The translations under genes were made by a program, and so were the position numbers. 64,000 nt of DNA, taken from the NCBI GenBank assembly GCA_964016885.1, contig OZ024758.1:5146001-5210000 (forward strand), written 5' to 3'. The first letter of the stretch is position 1, and each line of letters begins with the position of its first letter. Under the pieces are notes generated by a model. That model saw only the letters and a program-made list of their open reading frames with translations, made no database searches and was not told where the DNA came from. Of the stretch, positions 26,893 through 39,882 are shown piece after piece. The stretch comes from Eledone cirrhosa. Taxonomy: Eukaryota.

Positions 26893-27295
26893 TATTAAAG
26901 ACAAAAATGAAAACGGGGTGGGCCCCATTGAAACCTTTTCGATCAAAAGTATGTTGAACCGCGGCTGACCCGAAGCTAAATATCAACAATTATCTCACTA
27001 ACTACACTTCTTTATCTACATATCTACTTAAAATATACATTTTCAATTGTTCATGTTATTTGTGTAGTCAGCTTCTTAACAATTTGTGTGGGAGTATACT
27101 GTACTATCTGTTCCTACTTATGCGCTCTCTTTCTCTCTCTCTATCTCTTTCTCTCTCTCTCTCTAATAAAGAGAACATTTTGAGAATTTAATGTTTATAA
27201 CAAATCTAAACTGTGGCAGTATCAGGCTGCAATGAATGATGTTTCTTGTCTTGTAGAATCAAAGAATGTCGTTAATGTGTCATATATACACACCA

Positions 27296-27385
27296 GGTCC
27301 GAGCACAAAAGAACCAAACTCCCACTGTCACCACCTCCGTCTCTTCTGCTCTCCCCATCGCTTACTATTATAAGCAAATGGGGAA
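27296..27385 (-). mobile_element. CRE-clade LINE 3' UTR fragment
   Basis: gtccgagcac...aactcccactgtca terminus. Confidence 0.6.
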
Positions 27386-27412
27386 AAGTACCTGTATATG
27401 TCACTGTTGTAA

Positions 27413-27446
<34 letters not shown>

Positions 27447-28379
27447 CTCCATCAATACGATATATATTGGGGGGGGGGGGGGCTATATGTTAGATATTCC
27501 CAGAAAATTGACATCTCGAAAAGAATAACATTCACTTTAAAATTCTGTTGCCTCTTCTTTTCGTCCTCCCCCGAAGTTGTTGAAACACTAGCAGACATTG
27601 TACTGGAATCCTGGTAGACCCCTTAAACCTTTAAAGTCGGTGATTCAGCATCGTGTGTATTCAATGATTTAAATTAAACCAATAAAAAAATCTATAAACC
27701 AAAACAAACTATCCTTGGAACAAAACTGAAGCATGGTTAGATCAAAATATGATTTACATCGTAAATCATATTTGATATACAATGAGAAAAGAGACAGAAA
27801 AACTAGAACAACTTTTAACTTAACAGGAAAATAAATAAACTTTTTGTTCAAATGCTAAAATAATTTGTCATTATAGTTTTCACATGAAAACAACGTAATG
27901 ATCACATACATAAAGAATTAATAAAAAACTTCATCCACATTATAGTTTCACGATATTCTGAATATTATTATTGGAATAATCTCAAACCTATTTTTTATTT
28001 ACTATGAACGCAAATATTGGGAAGAAATAATTACAGTATTATCTTTTTATTACATATGTGTACTGTTTTTTTTTCTATCTTATTTTCTATCTGATTGTTT
28101 GTATCTAATATATCCAACGGTAATATAAGGATCTTCAAAATTGCTTTCTACTAAGTTCATTTAAAATGTGAACTAGATATGATATTCAATGAGCTATTAT
28201 TATGTTCTGCTTTCTAGTCTTAGTAATCAACTGAATATGAAGTAAAATAAAGTAAAATAGAACAAGAAAATTAATCTGAAAATACAGACGATGTCGTTGG
28301 GAGAGGTTGGGCTGCTTATGTTAAACATTGAATTTGTAAAAGTGAATCGTTTTCTGAAATGTATTCCATACGAATTAAA

Positions 28380-28419
<40 letters not shown>

Positions 28420-28671
28420 GTACAGTATATATATACTTTAATAAGTACATGTATTGTTCAAATAGTAAGTTGATTTCATATTTATGTATGTATGTATATA
28501 TATATATATATATATGTGTGTATATATTTATGTATGTATGTATATATATATATATGTGTGTGTATATATTTATGTATGTATGTATATATATATATATATA
28601 TATGTGTGTATATATTTATGTATGTGTGTATATATTATATATATGTGTGTATGTATATATATATATATATA

Positions 28672-28702
<31 letters not shown>

Positions 28703-28727
28703 TTGTGTGTATATATATATATATATA

Positions 28728-28911
28728 ATGGTTACTTATATAGGCACAAGGCCAACAATTTTGGGGGAGGGGAAAGTCGATTAAATCAACCCCCAGTGCA
28801 TTACTGGTGTTTTATTTTATCGACCCCGTAAGGATGAAAGGCAAAGTCAACCTCGGCGGGATTTGAACTCAGATCGTAAAGGGACGTAACTATCTACCGA
28901 TACTGCCAATA
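28728..28911 (-). mobile_element. SINE family A (internal deletion in head)
   Basis: Reverse-complement body and B box. Confidence 0.9.
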
Positions 28912-29073
28912 TAATACACAGAGATATATAATCAAAACAAGAGAAAGAAAATAAAGTAACTATTTCTGTTTGGTTGTCTTTTACCACGGGGCTTACAATT
29001 TGAAATATATTTATACCTACTATAAATTTATGCCAGAGTCTCTAATATACGACGTTTGATGCATAGATATTGG

Positions 29074-29147
29074 GTCGTCAAGTATGAAATTTGTAGGAAT
29101 TTGAGAGAAAAAAAAATTTGATTTCTACAAATTTCATACTTGACGGC
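29074..29147. repeat. About 70-bp hairpin element (copy 1 of 2)
   Basis: gtcaagtatgaaatttgtag ... ctacaaatttcatacttgac inverted arms. Confidence 0.85.
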
Positions 29148-29285
29148 ATAATATATCTTATTTAATATAACTTTGATAACTTTCGGCCAGTATTGGCCCA
29201 GGCCATGTCTAACTTAATATCACCACCTGCATATATATTATATGAGGAATGTAGATAAACTTTTGTGACGCAGGATACTACTGTA

Positions 29286-29520
29286 CAATATTAAATAAAT
29301 ATTTAAAGGATAATTTTGTCCAATATTAAATAAATAATTAAGGGATAATTTTATCCAATATTAAATATATATTTAAGGGATAATTTTATCCAATATTAAA
29401 TAAATAAGGGATAATGTTGTTCAATATTAAATATTTAAGGGATAATTTTGTACAATATTAGATAAATAATTAAGGGATAATTTTATCCAATATTAAATAA
29501 ATATTTAAGGGATAATTTTG
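29286..29520. repeat. About 35-bp AT-rich minisatellite
   Basis: caatattaaataaatatttaagggataattttatc variants, about 7 units. Confidence 0.9.
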
Positions 29521-30040
29521 TTCATACTTGATTGATTAATCTTGTTTCAGAAAATATCTATGTCAAACAATTTCCTGAATTCTATTGATTTGTATCGAAG
29601 TTGAGTACTTATACCTTAATTAGCGCTGGCCAGTTCAAGATTGAAAGCAATCTCTAGTAAAATCTTTATCTGCATAGTATCGAAACTATTTTGTTGACTG
29701 GCTATATAAAAAGATTAAATCTGATATTTGATAAAGGCAATTGAGAAATCAACCTGTATATATATGTATATATATATATACGCGCACGCACGCACGCACA
29801 CACGCATATTTACATACATATATATGCACGATAACGTTGTGTATATAGACATATATATATGTATATATATGTATATATATATGTATATGTATGTATATAT
29901 GTATGTATATATGTATGTATATATATATACACACACACACACATATATATATATACACAAACATATATATATATTTTACATATATCATATATATGCACGA
30001 TAACTTTATGTGTATATATATATATATATATATAACGAAG

Positions 30041-30225
30041 GAAATGTGGTAAGGAACCAGGTGGACCATAACGCACCAAAGTACTCAATACTTAGGGTAG
30101 TAGAGTGGGTAATAGGAACGCGTAGGACCCTGACGGCTGAGCTCAAGCCGTTTCGACGGCTAATTCAGAATTAGCCGTCGAAACGGCTTGAGCTCAGCCG
30201 TCGAGGTCCTACTCGTTCCTATATA
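30041..30225. mobile_element. Family P (HHR 3'-half repeat) fold-back pair
   Basis: Inverted arms centred on ...ggctaattc a gaattagcc...; homologues at 47683, 52138, 56776 and 58860. Confidence 0.8.
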
Positions 30226-30597
30226 TACATACAGATACATATATATATGCATGATAAGTTTGAGTGTATATATACCGTATATATACCGTGTATATATATA
30301 TATATATATATATATACCTATTTAAATACACAATGTTATCGTGCATAAACAACGTTTTGTCCTCGTAATCTTTTTGTCCTGCCAACTTCTATATTCTCTT
30401 ACTAACATTGATTTTATTCTTTTATTATTTATATACGAATTGACTTGGCCAAATCACATCAACTATCGACATTAATAGAGGGAATTACTAGTGTTTCTTT
30501 ACAATACCATCGTTACTGAAATACGTCACCGTTGAACAAGTATGTAGAAGTTTATATTTACATTTCTATCTTATTTTATATTTGCTTTCTTTTAGAT

Positions 30598-30940
30598 ATT
30601 GCTGTTGTTATTGTTGTTGTTGTGGTTGTTGTTACTACTGCTTCTAATGTTGCTTGTTGTTGTTGTTGCTTCTACTGTTGCTGTTTATGGTTGTGGTTGT
30701 TGTTACTACTGCTGTTTATGGTTGTTGTTGTTGTGGTTGTTACTGTTGCTTCTACTGTTGAACTGTTTATGGTTGTGGTTGTTGTTACTACTGTTGCTTG
30801 TTGTTGTTGTTGTTGTTGTTACTGCTGCTTCTGCTGTTGCTGGCTGTTGTTGTTGTTGTTACTACTTCCACTGTTGCTGGCTGTTGTTGTTACTGTTGCT
30901 TCTACTGTTGCTGTTTATGATTGTTGTTGTGGCTGTGATG
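30598..30940. repeat. Degenerate (GTT/GCT)n trinucleotide repeat
   Basis: Direct reading. Confidence 0.9.
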
Positions 30941-32776
30941 ATAGCTTGATGTTTTTAAAAATTGTTTTAACGTTTTGCGTGTTGCAAATATACCTCACAT
31001 AGCCTCGGACCCTCTCTTCAATTAAATGTATATTTATTACCTGCTTATTTGCTTTTAAAAGATCCGATATTACCGAAGAAGAAAGATGTGGGAGATAGAG
31101 AGAAGTGTGAAATCACTGTGAAATATTCTGACTTTTAAAGTTATAATTTATTTTAATCGATTAATATTAGATATTAGATTATATTGGTTACATTTTTACT
31201 GAAAATCAAATTTGCCCTACAATCAGATAATATCTCTATATGAAGGTCTTTAATACTTTTCTGATTCGCTCTAAAAATAACGCAATTATGATAGAGAGAA
31301 CACAGCTTCTTTCTGGAAGGTTTACAGTATGAAATAAGAGGTGCATAGATAGATAGAAATTGTGTGAAGTAGTGTGAATGGAATCACACAAAATAGGAGA
31401 AAATTAATAATTTATTAAATTTGATAAATATTTTTATTCAAACAAATGAAATCTGATAACTCACAAAAGATATTTCAGCAAAAACTTTAGTAAATATATT
31501 GTTAGCTAGAACCTAAAAAAGACAAGATACAAACAAATACATCATTGCTGAAATTGTGAAATTGTTTTTTTAAATCCATTATAATGCAAAGTATAACATT
31601 GATCAATAGTAGAAAATAAAAGATATTAAATAAAGAAAAACTAAAACTAAATTTATAGATATATTATGTGATAAATGATATCAAAACTTTGCTTCCTATT
31701 CTTCGATTCTTTTTGTATTTTAATGATTTTCTGAGGAAATTCATTATTTGGTTGGTAAAATATCTGTGTAACTCTTTATGATAGAATGTCCAGTTGTAAA
31801 TAAGTCAGTTTTATATTAATATACAGTAAAGTAGGGATTGTCTTGGTGTTTTGTTTTTGTTTTCGAGTTGTTTGGGTTTTGAGTTATTTGGATTTTTGTC
31901 CATCATCCCACAGTTTATACAAATATACATACATATATACATAGATATATACATGCATATATACATAGATATATACATAGATATATACATAGATATATAC
32001 ATAGATATATACATAGATATATACTTATATACATACATATATACAGGTACGCATGTATACATACATATATACGTACATATATACATACATATATATAGGT
32101 ATTCATGTATACATACATGCATGCATATATACATACAGGTATGCACGCATATATACATACAGGCATACACATACAAACATAGACATACATACAGACATAC
32201 ATGCTTACATACATATACACACGTAGACATACACATATACACATACATGCACACATACACACACACATACACACACATACATACACACCCATACATAAAA
32301 GCATGCATACACACGCACACGCACACGCACACGCACACGCACACGCACACTGTGTGTGTATGAGAGCTAAAGTAGGTAAATGTAGTTGTTTGTTTGAGTG
32401 TGAATGACGTCTAATCAACACCAAATAAAAGATTATTTCTTATGAATCTTAACATTAGATCTGACAGAAATATCGTCTGTTATTTCACTGCCTTTGCGGC
32501 TGTTAAGTTAATAAAACCACCATACTTTCGTTGTCAAACTCATAACTTATGACACACTATTTTCATACACACCCTTACACAAATATATACACATACTCAC
32601 ACAAACGCATACACACTCACACACCATCACATACACGCACTCACACACACATGCAAACAGACATTTAAGTGTATATGTGGAAATAAACATTTACATATAT
32701 ATATATATATATATGGCTTCTACAGGACTAGAACTGTTTTATTCGAAGGAAAGTATATATATATTATTATTATTAT

Positions 32777-32963
32777 TGGATTGGCAGTATCGGTAGAGGG
32801 TCGGACGCCATGCTTTCCAGCATAGTTACGTCCCTTTACGATCTGAGTTCAAATCCCGCCGAGATTGACTTTGCCTTTCATCCTTACAGGGTCGATAAAA
32901 TAAAGTTCCAGTAACGCATTGGGTAATTGCTGGTCTTGTGCCAAAATTAGAAAGAATTATTAT
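32777..32963 (+). mobile_element. SINE family A
   Basis: A/B boxes, body and tail; flanked by (ATT)n. Confidence 0.9.
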
Positions 32964-33449
32964 TAAGGCTAAAAAGTGAGTCATCTTACTATGGAGTTTT
33001 GCCTGTTTATCACAGGGTCATCAGATGTGAGCACCTCAGACAGAATACTTTTCGATATTCGTTCTAACTTTCAGCACTGCATGTTCTAATCCCGTCGAGG
33101 TCAATTTCGTTTTTCATCCCTTCCAGGTCAATAAAATATACCAGTTATGTAATGTGGGAAGTTCTTCAGCTTCTCTTCCTCATTTCTTCTCTTTCTCTAT
33201 GGGCTCCGCCAAACTTAAATTGCTCAAGACAGGTTGTATGATAGATATATATATATATATATATGAGATGTGCTTTTTCCTCTTTCCCACTCCTGAAAAT
33301 CAATTCACTACTTATAAATCCCACTTGAGATCAGTCAACGTGACACCTGTTCTAAAGTAAATAGTTATTTGATAAAATGCTAATGTTTGTTTACAAAACT
33401 ACATGCAGATCTGTGCTAGAAATACTATCTCCTGGATTAGTTAAGGCGT

Positions 33450-33850
33450 TGCTATTAATAGTCACCAATGCTGGTGAGCAACCACTAGAATTCATTGCAT
33501 GTTTAATCCACATGTAACTATTTTCTCTAAAAAAAAACCAACTATACATTGAAACCTGCTTATAACTAAATCGATATGTTGTCTGGTTGCCAACAAAACT
33601 TTTTGTATCGCATCGTCTGCAGTGTTCTGCAATGTATATATTCTGGGGCCTAGTACTTATCACTTGCGAAGTCTAAACGTCTCTTAATTTGTCTAATTGT
33701 CTCTAAAGTTGTCTTTCTCCGAGGTCTAACCTCTCTAAAGTTGTCTTTCTCCCATGGTCTTTCTCCCATGGTCTTTCTCCCATGTTGTCCTAACATCTAA
33801 TAGTATTCACAACCAGGGCATTGAATCCTGTTACAACTTTCAAATAGTTC
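33450..33850 (-). pseudogene. Degenerate GIY-YIG endonuclease remnant (Penelope-like)
   Basis: Minus strand with frameshift/stop: KVV-RIQCPGCEYY*MLGQHGRK ... IAEHCRRC ... RENSYMWI, resembling the PLE VYxIxCxxCxxxYIGQT...H...WI pattern. Confidence 0.5.
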
Positions 33851-34375
33851 AGCACTCCATGACATTTAATCATACTGTGGTTACCTCAGTTGTTGAAAAC
33901 ATTTAAATAATCAAGCGGGCCCTTTTGTCGCTTTCATTCCATATAACTGGTCTTAGCTTATCATGAACAGTGCAGCCGAATGCTGCAAAGAGGAAAATAC
34001 TGAATAACTGTCGAATTTATATACTGAGATTTTATTTTTAAAATACAAGAAAGAAATGTAGAGTTTATCAACGTATTAAGAAGAAATAAAACAAAAATAG
34101 AGGAAACTCTTAAATAGGGAAAGTAAGGGAAGGAAGTGGGTGGCAGTCTCTACTCATTAATGTAGGTGTTAGGTCTCAGATTGGTCCCGTGAACAAAATG
34201 GTGAACACATTGCCACGGACAACAGCAAGTGACAGGTCAGGCAACACCAGTCACGCAACACCAGTCAGGCAACAGAAACATTCAACAAAGGTCATACAAC
34301 TCAAGTCATTGCTATGACCCTTAATGCCCGAAACATCACCATTTGTGTCCTTATGGAGAATAATTTTTCTTAAGT

Positions 34376-34412
<37 letters not shown>

Positions 34413-34843
34413 CACACTGGAATGTCTTATCTAGGTTTGTGTTTATTTACGATATATGGGCTGTTGTTGTTGTTGGCGTTGTTATGGCGTTGTGTGTTGT
34501 TGCTGGCGTTGTCGCTGTTGTTGTTGTTGTCGTCGTCGCTCTCGTTGTTGTCGCTGTTGTTTTGCCTTCTTTCTTTTCATCTGATATCCACTTCTGTTTC
34601 TAGTTAGAAACAATACTAATTGTCATAATTATCGATATTTACTAAGAGATAAATAGTATCTTGATGACTTTTCTAAATATTTCTGAGTGATTTACCTTGT
34701 TGACTTCATAATATAGCAAATCACCTGTCACTTTAATCTACCTGTTTAAGGTGAATCTACTTGAAAATAATTTCGCCCACCTGCTGCCCCCTCCTCTTTC
34801 AATTGAGTGGTCTTCTTCTTATTATTATTATTAAAGTAGCGAA

Positions 34844-35057
34844 AGGGCGGTGGATTGGCAGTGTCGGTAGAAAGCCGGACGCCATGCTTTGAAGCATAGT
34901 TACGTCCCTTTACAGTCTGAGTTCAAATCCCGCCGAGGTTAACTTTGCCTTTCATCCTTACAAGGTCGATAAAATAAAGTACCAGTAACGTACTGTGTCG
35001 ATTTAATCGACTTTCCGCTCCTCCAAAATTGCTGGCCTTGTGCTTATATAAGTAACT
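34844..35057 (+). mobile_element. SINE family A with TSD
   Basis: tattattaaagt(a/g)gcga on both flanks. Confidence 0.9.
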
Positions 35058-35406
35058 ATTATTAAAGTGGCGAGTCTGGTTTAATATCAATTAGGTCAGC
35101 CTTCACATTAGTTCTCAGTCCTAATTGATGTGTATACATACACCACGAACAAGATTATCGACTCTTATCTGATGAATTAATAACTGATCAATCCCAATTA
35201 AAGCCGAGATCAATACAAATCCATATGATTAATACTTCAAGCTGATAGTTTGTCGCTGTTATTAGGAATCAAAATTTTAAATATTTGAAATATTCTCTTA
35301 GTTTACAATAAACGGCCACCAAGAAAAAGAAAATCTGTTTTCGTTTTTCTCCGAATCTCCCCTTACGGATCCCATTTTGATAATAGCTGGCTAATCTGAA
35401 ATATTT

Positions 35407-35602
35407 GGTGCGTGGCTTAGAAGTTAGGGAGCTGGATTCACAAACATGAGATTGTGAGTTCGAATCCTGGACTGGGTGATGAATTGTGCTCTTGAGCACT
35501 TTATTTCACATTATTCTTTCTGTCAAGAGTTGCGACCGGTAGATAATATAAGCATTTTTAAAGACTAATGGAAATACTGTTTGCTTGGTCCGATCTGACG
35601 AG
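35407..35602 (+). mobile_element. CORE-type SINE family B variant
   Basis: B box GAGTTCGAATCC + CORE-like body. Confidence 0.75.
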
Positions 35603-36269
35603 TTTTCACTCGGTAAGCGATTGAGAGCTGGAATGTTGTTAATTCGGATCGGTGATAATGAATTGCTAAGGTAACTTTCAATCAATCGTCCTTTTATTTT
35701 GCTTTCTCCCTCAATTTCCTTCTGATTATTAGCTTGGTAATCTAACCCACTTAAATTGCACGGCTTTCTATACAAACGGACTTTTCAGTTTTTAGTTTAA
35801 AGTATTCTCTATGAAGATATATCTATTCTAGATTCTCTTTTACTTGTAAAATCGGTAACAATTCTCAAATATGTATACAAGCTAAAGCAGCGCAATATTA
35901 AATTAAACATTAGCTACAGCTGTGTGATATCAAATCTTTTCTAACGAAATAACTGAATCTATTTTAATCAAGATGAATAGACGCTAAGTTTATATGTAAA
36001 ATGTGAATAAGTGTTACGAATATTTCTAGAAATTATAGATGTGAAATCTCTCGTGAAACGTGGATAGTTTAAGAGACATGAAAACTGATTTATGAATAAA
36101 GATGTTAGGAATAAAGTAAATAAAATAGTCCATAGTTTTGTAAGATTTCTTAAAGATCTCTCTATTCTGATTTAACTTAATATCTCAGCAGTATAGAAAG
36201 TGAGAGAGAGGAAGTGAGAGAGAAAGTAAGAGGTGGGGTGAGAGGGAGGAAGTGAGAAAGAGATAGAGG

Positions 36270-36432
36270 AAGAATCAACCCCAGTACTTGATTGATACTT
36301 TTTTATCGAACTCGAAAGGACGAAAAGCAAAGTTGACCTCGGTGGGATTTGAACTCAGAGAGCAGAAAGCCGTATGGAATATTGCAAATCATTCTATCTG
36401 ACGTTCTAACGACTCTGCCACTTCACAGCCTT
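36270..36432 (-). mobile_element. Older SINE A-related subfamily
   Basis: aaagttgacctcggtgggatttgaactcagag...cgttctaacgactctgcca; similar at 39711, 48555, 48795 and 62790. Confidence 0.75.
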
Positions 36433-37204
36433 CACTCGCGTCATATACGATTTCAAACCGACGTAAGCTGTCTTTTGGTTGTAGTTGACTTAGCTGTTTG
36501 TGAAGAGTGATGGACTGGAGATAGTGGTCTTTGAAACTTACCTTGAAGTTCTGTCCCGACTCTCCGTTGAAGACAACAACATTAAAACATATTTGCAAAC
36601 CTGTAAAATCTCCCCGTCCGTCGGGGAGATCTTCCACCAACTTTGGGGTGGGTGAGAGATGTCTTCTCTTGTGAAAATGGGTATAGCTTTCATTATGTAA
36701 AATCTCCCCATTTCGTCAAATATCTGGGACTATCCTCGCAATTAAAAAAACCTAACTCCCTTTGGAGGTAGTTTCTTATATCTAATTATTAAATTTAAAT
36801 GTTAGATTTTTCTTAGGAGTGAAACCGGTGAAGCAATGTAAAATTTATGACTATCAAGAAGTTCTCATTACTTTATATCTTTAGGACAATAAACAATTAT
36901 TTATTTTTCTTTTTTTAAACAAGTCAGACTTTGTATTTACTTAGAGTTGAAATGCAGCTGGTTTTTGAATTCCAAATCTCTGCCAACAATCGCTGGCATA
37001 ACAAACCGGTCGTTTAAGCCTAACAAATTAACTAAGTGTTATATTTTATGTCTGTTTTTTTAGTACATTAACAACATAAGAGACTATTTTCTCTGCAGAC
37101 ATGAAATATTTCAGAAATATATTATCAAAGGTCATTGTGTTGGATTAGAGACATGACTAGAAAATGTTTTTATTTCATTTTGGTTTTATTTTATTTTTTA
37201 CTTT

Positions 37205-37375
37205 GGTTTTATTTTCTATTTTACTTTTTGTTATTTTATTTTCTATTTTACTTTTTGTTATTTTATTTTCTATTTTATTTTTTGTTATTTATTTTCTATT
37301 TTACTTTTTGTTATTTTATTTTCTATTTTACTTTTTGTTATTTTATTTTCTATTTTACTTTTTGTTATTTTATTT
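37205..37375. repeat. 27-bp T-rich minisatellite
   Basis: ttttattttctattttactttttgtta units. Confidence 0.9.
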
Positions 37376-38292
37376 TATTTCGTTTCATTTCGTTTCATTT
37401 TACAATATTTTATCCATTCAGAATGTTTTCATTAAATGAAGGATGCTGTTAACCTCATTAATGCATATTAAAGTAAGCCAGGCTAAATATAGTATTAATA
37501 TAGTCTAATAAAACTGATTAATTGTTGCTAGTTCAAACATAAAGATAAACAAAAAAATCTCCTTTTATGTTATATACATATATAAGTGAGATATATAATA
37601 TATTTTAGAAGAGAGAGAGAGAAAGCGAATAAGAGTTATCAGATTGATCGCAGTAGGAGGTACTCGTGATTAAATGGAGAGTGCAATTAATATCAATTGT
37701 TATAAAGATATTTCTCCAGAACTTTCTACATGTAGGAAAATATTTTAATATCTAAGTCCACACACGCGCATACATGATATCACACACATTGTATCATATA
37801 TATCATATATCATATATATATTATATATACATAGATATTATATCATATATTTATTTATATATATAGATAGATAGATATATTATATATACAAAGATATTAT
37901 ATCATAGATATATAGATATATCATATATACAAAGATATTATATCATATATATATATATGTATATTATATATACAAAGATATTATATCATATATATATGTA
38001 TATTATATATACACAGATATTATATCATATGTATATTATATATACAAAGATATTATATCATATATATATATATATGTATATTATATATACAAAGATATTA
38101 TATCATATATATATATGTATATTATATATACACAGATATTATATTATATATGTATATTATATATACAAAGATATTATATCATATATATAGATAGATAGAT
38201 GATATATCATATAGATACATAGATATTATATAGATAGATACATAGATATATCATATAGATATAGATAGATATATAGATACATAGATATTATT

Positions 38293-38328
<36 letters not shown>

Positions 38329-38692
38329 TATCATATAGATAGATAGATACATAGATATTATATCATATATATATATTATGTATACATAGATATTATATCA
38401 TATACACACACACATATATACACCTTCATCTTTTGTTTTGTAACATTACTTGTATATATAACCATTAACTGCAGAAGTAAAGTGAAATTCAAGTTGAAAA
38501 TATGAGAACTCTGCTCTCCTTTAGTTTATTTATATCTTTATAACATTTCCTACCTGGAGTTGTATTGGAAATAGATTCAATGCATTTCACTTCCTCAATT
38601 ATTTCAAAAGGTTCTTTTAATACATTTTTTATAGCAATTTGTTAAACATATTTTCAGCTAACAAGGCAGAATTTGTACACCGTAGCAAATAT

Positions 38693-38763
38693 GTCAAGTA
38701 TGAAATTTGTAGAAATTTGTTGAAAAAAAAACCGCACAAATTTCTACAAATTTCATACTTGAC
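38693..38763. repeat. About 70-bp hairpin element (copy 2 of 2)
   Basis: 28-bp perfect inverted arms gtcaagtatgaaatttgtagaaatttgt / acaaatttctacaaatttcatacttgac. Confidence 0.85.
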
Positions 38764-38850
38764 GATCAATAGTTAACATACTTGAGATGGTGCAATGATG
38801 TTATTTACACAGCAGAACACAACTTGTAGTGTTAATAGAGAAGACACATA

Positions 38851-39047
38851 TGAGGGTCGAGTGAACAGTTCATAGGCTGACTAAATACTTTCATGGAATT
38901 ACCAAATGTGGTTTATTTTTCAACATAGTTCCTGGAAACAAACAATGCAGTTATTAATAAGAAGAGTTGAAATTAATGCATACAAGATTTCACAGCTCTA
39001 CCATCACTCCTTCATAGTCAGCTTATGAACATTTTTAACCGCCCCTT
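38851..39047. mobile_element. Mariner-type MITE, single complete copy of about 200 bp
   Basis: TA-flanked imperfect TIRs gagggtcg..gaa.agttcataggctgacta / tagtcagcttatgaac...gcccct. Confidence 0.8.
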
Positions 39048-39710
39048 TATTTAATAAAGGAAGCCCATAATTTTTTTATAGTTTACAATTCTATCATTAC
39101 ATATATAAATAACTGTTAAATTTATTTTTGTTTTTCTTGTTGCACCGCGAATAAAAAATTTCGAACCAAAGCGGTAGGATATGATTTGAGGGAGATTTGG
39201 CTGTGCTTTCTAGCTAGTCGTGAAACCTTAATGACTGGATGTAATTATTGCTGCCATTATTTCCTATTGAGAGTAACTTTGCAGGAAATTAAATAACAAA
39301 TGAACATGTTGATTTCCGGCTGACTAAGATAGAATACGTTAGTTCAGAATCGATATTTTTGTGAGTTTCCACTTCACCACACCCCTTGGCTCTCAAATAA
39401 CAAACACACAGTCACATACAAACTTCTACTTACCGAACATTTACATAGGTAACGAAAGATTAGTTTCAGAAATATTATCCTATGTCGATTTACAAAACGC
39501 ATTGGCGTATATTCCCAATATTAATTCCCTTTGAAGAATGTCTATGTCTTAACCATTTGTATGTTACTCCAGTCTTCTAGCTTACTTAATTTCCTACTTT
39601 ATATACTAAATAAAGACTTCACACAACTGCCTTCGTCTAAATCAATGTTGTTCCCTTTTAAAATCCCTTGCTTCAGCATAACATTTAATCTCTCATATAA
39701 AATAGGCCTA

Positions 39711-39882
39711 AGCGGCGGCGAATTAGCACAGTCTTAGGAAGGTCGGATAGAATGCTTTGAAGGCTTTGCGATATTTATTTCGGCTCTCTGTTCTCCGAGT
39801 TCAAATCTCACCGAGATCAATTTTTCCTTTCGTCGTCCATTCGAGGTCGACAAAATAAGTACCAGTCAAGTACTGGAGTGGA
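39711..39882 (+). mobile_element. Older SINE A-related subfamily
   Basis: gcggcggcgaattagc head, GAGTTCAAATC B box, gaggtcgacaaaataagtaccag body. Confidence 0.75.

Noticed and set aside
30532-31002. Cys/Val-rich ORF with an AG acceptor at 30595
   Set aside because: Degenerate (GTT)n repeat; no convincing donor or protein-like composition.
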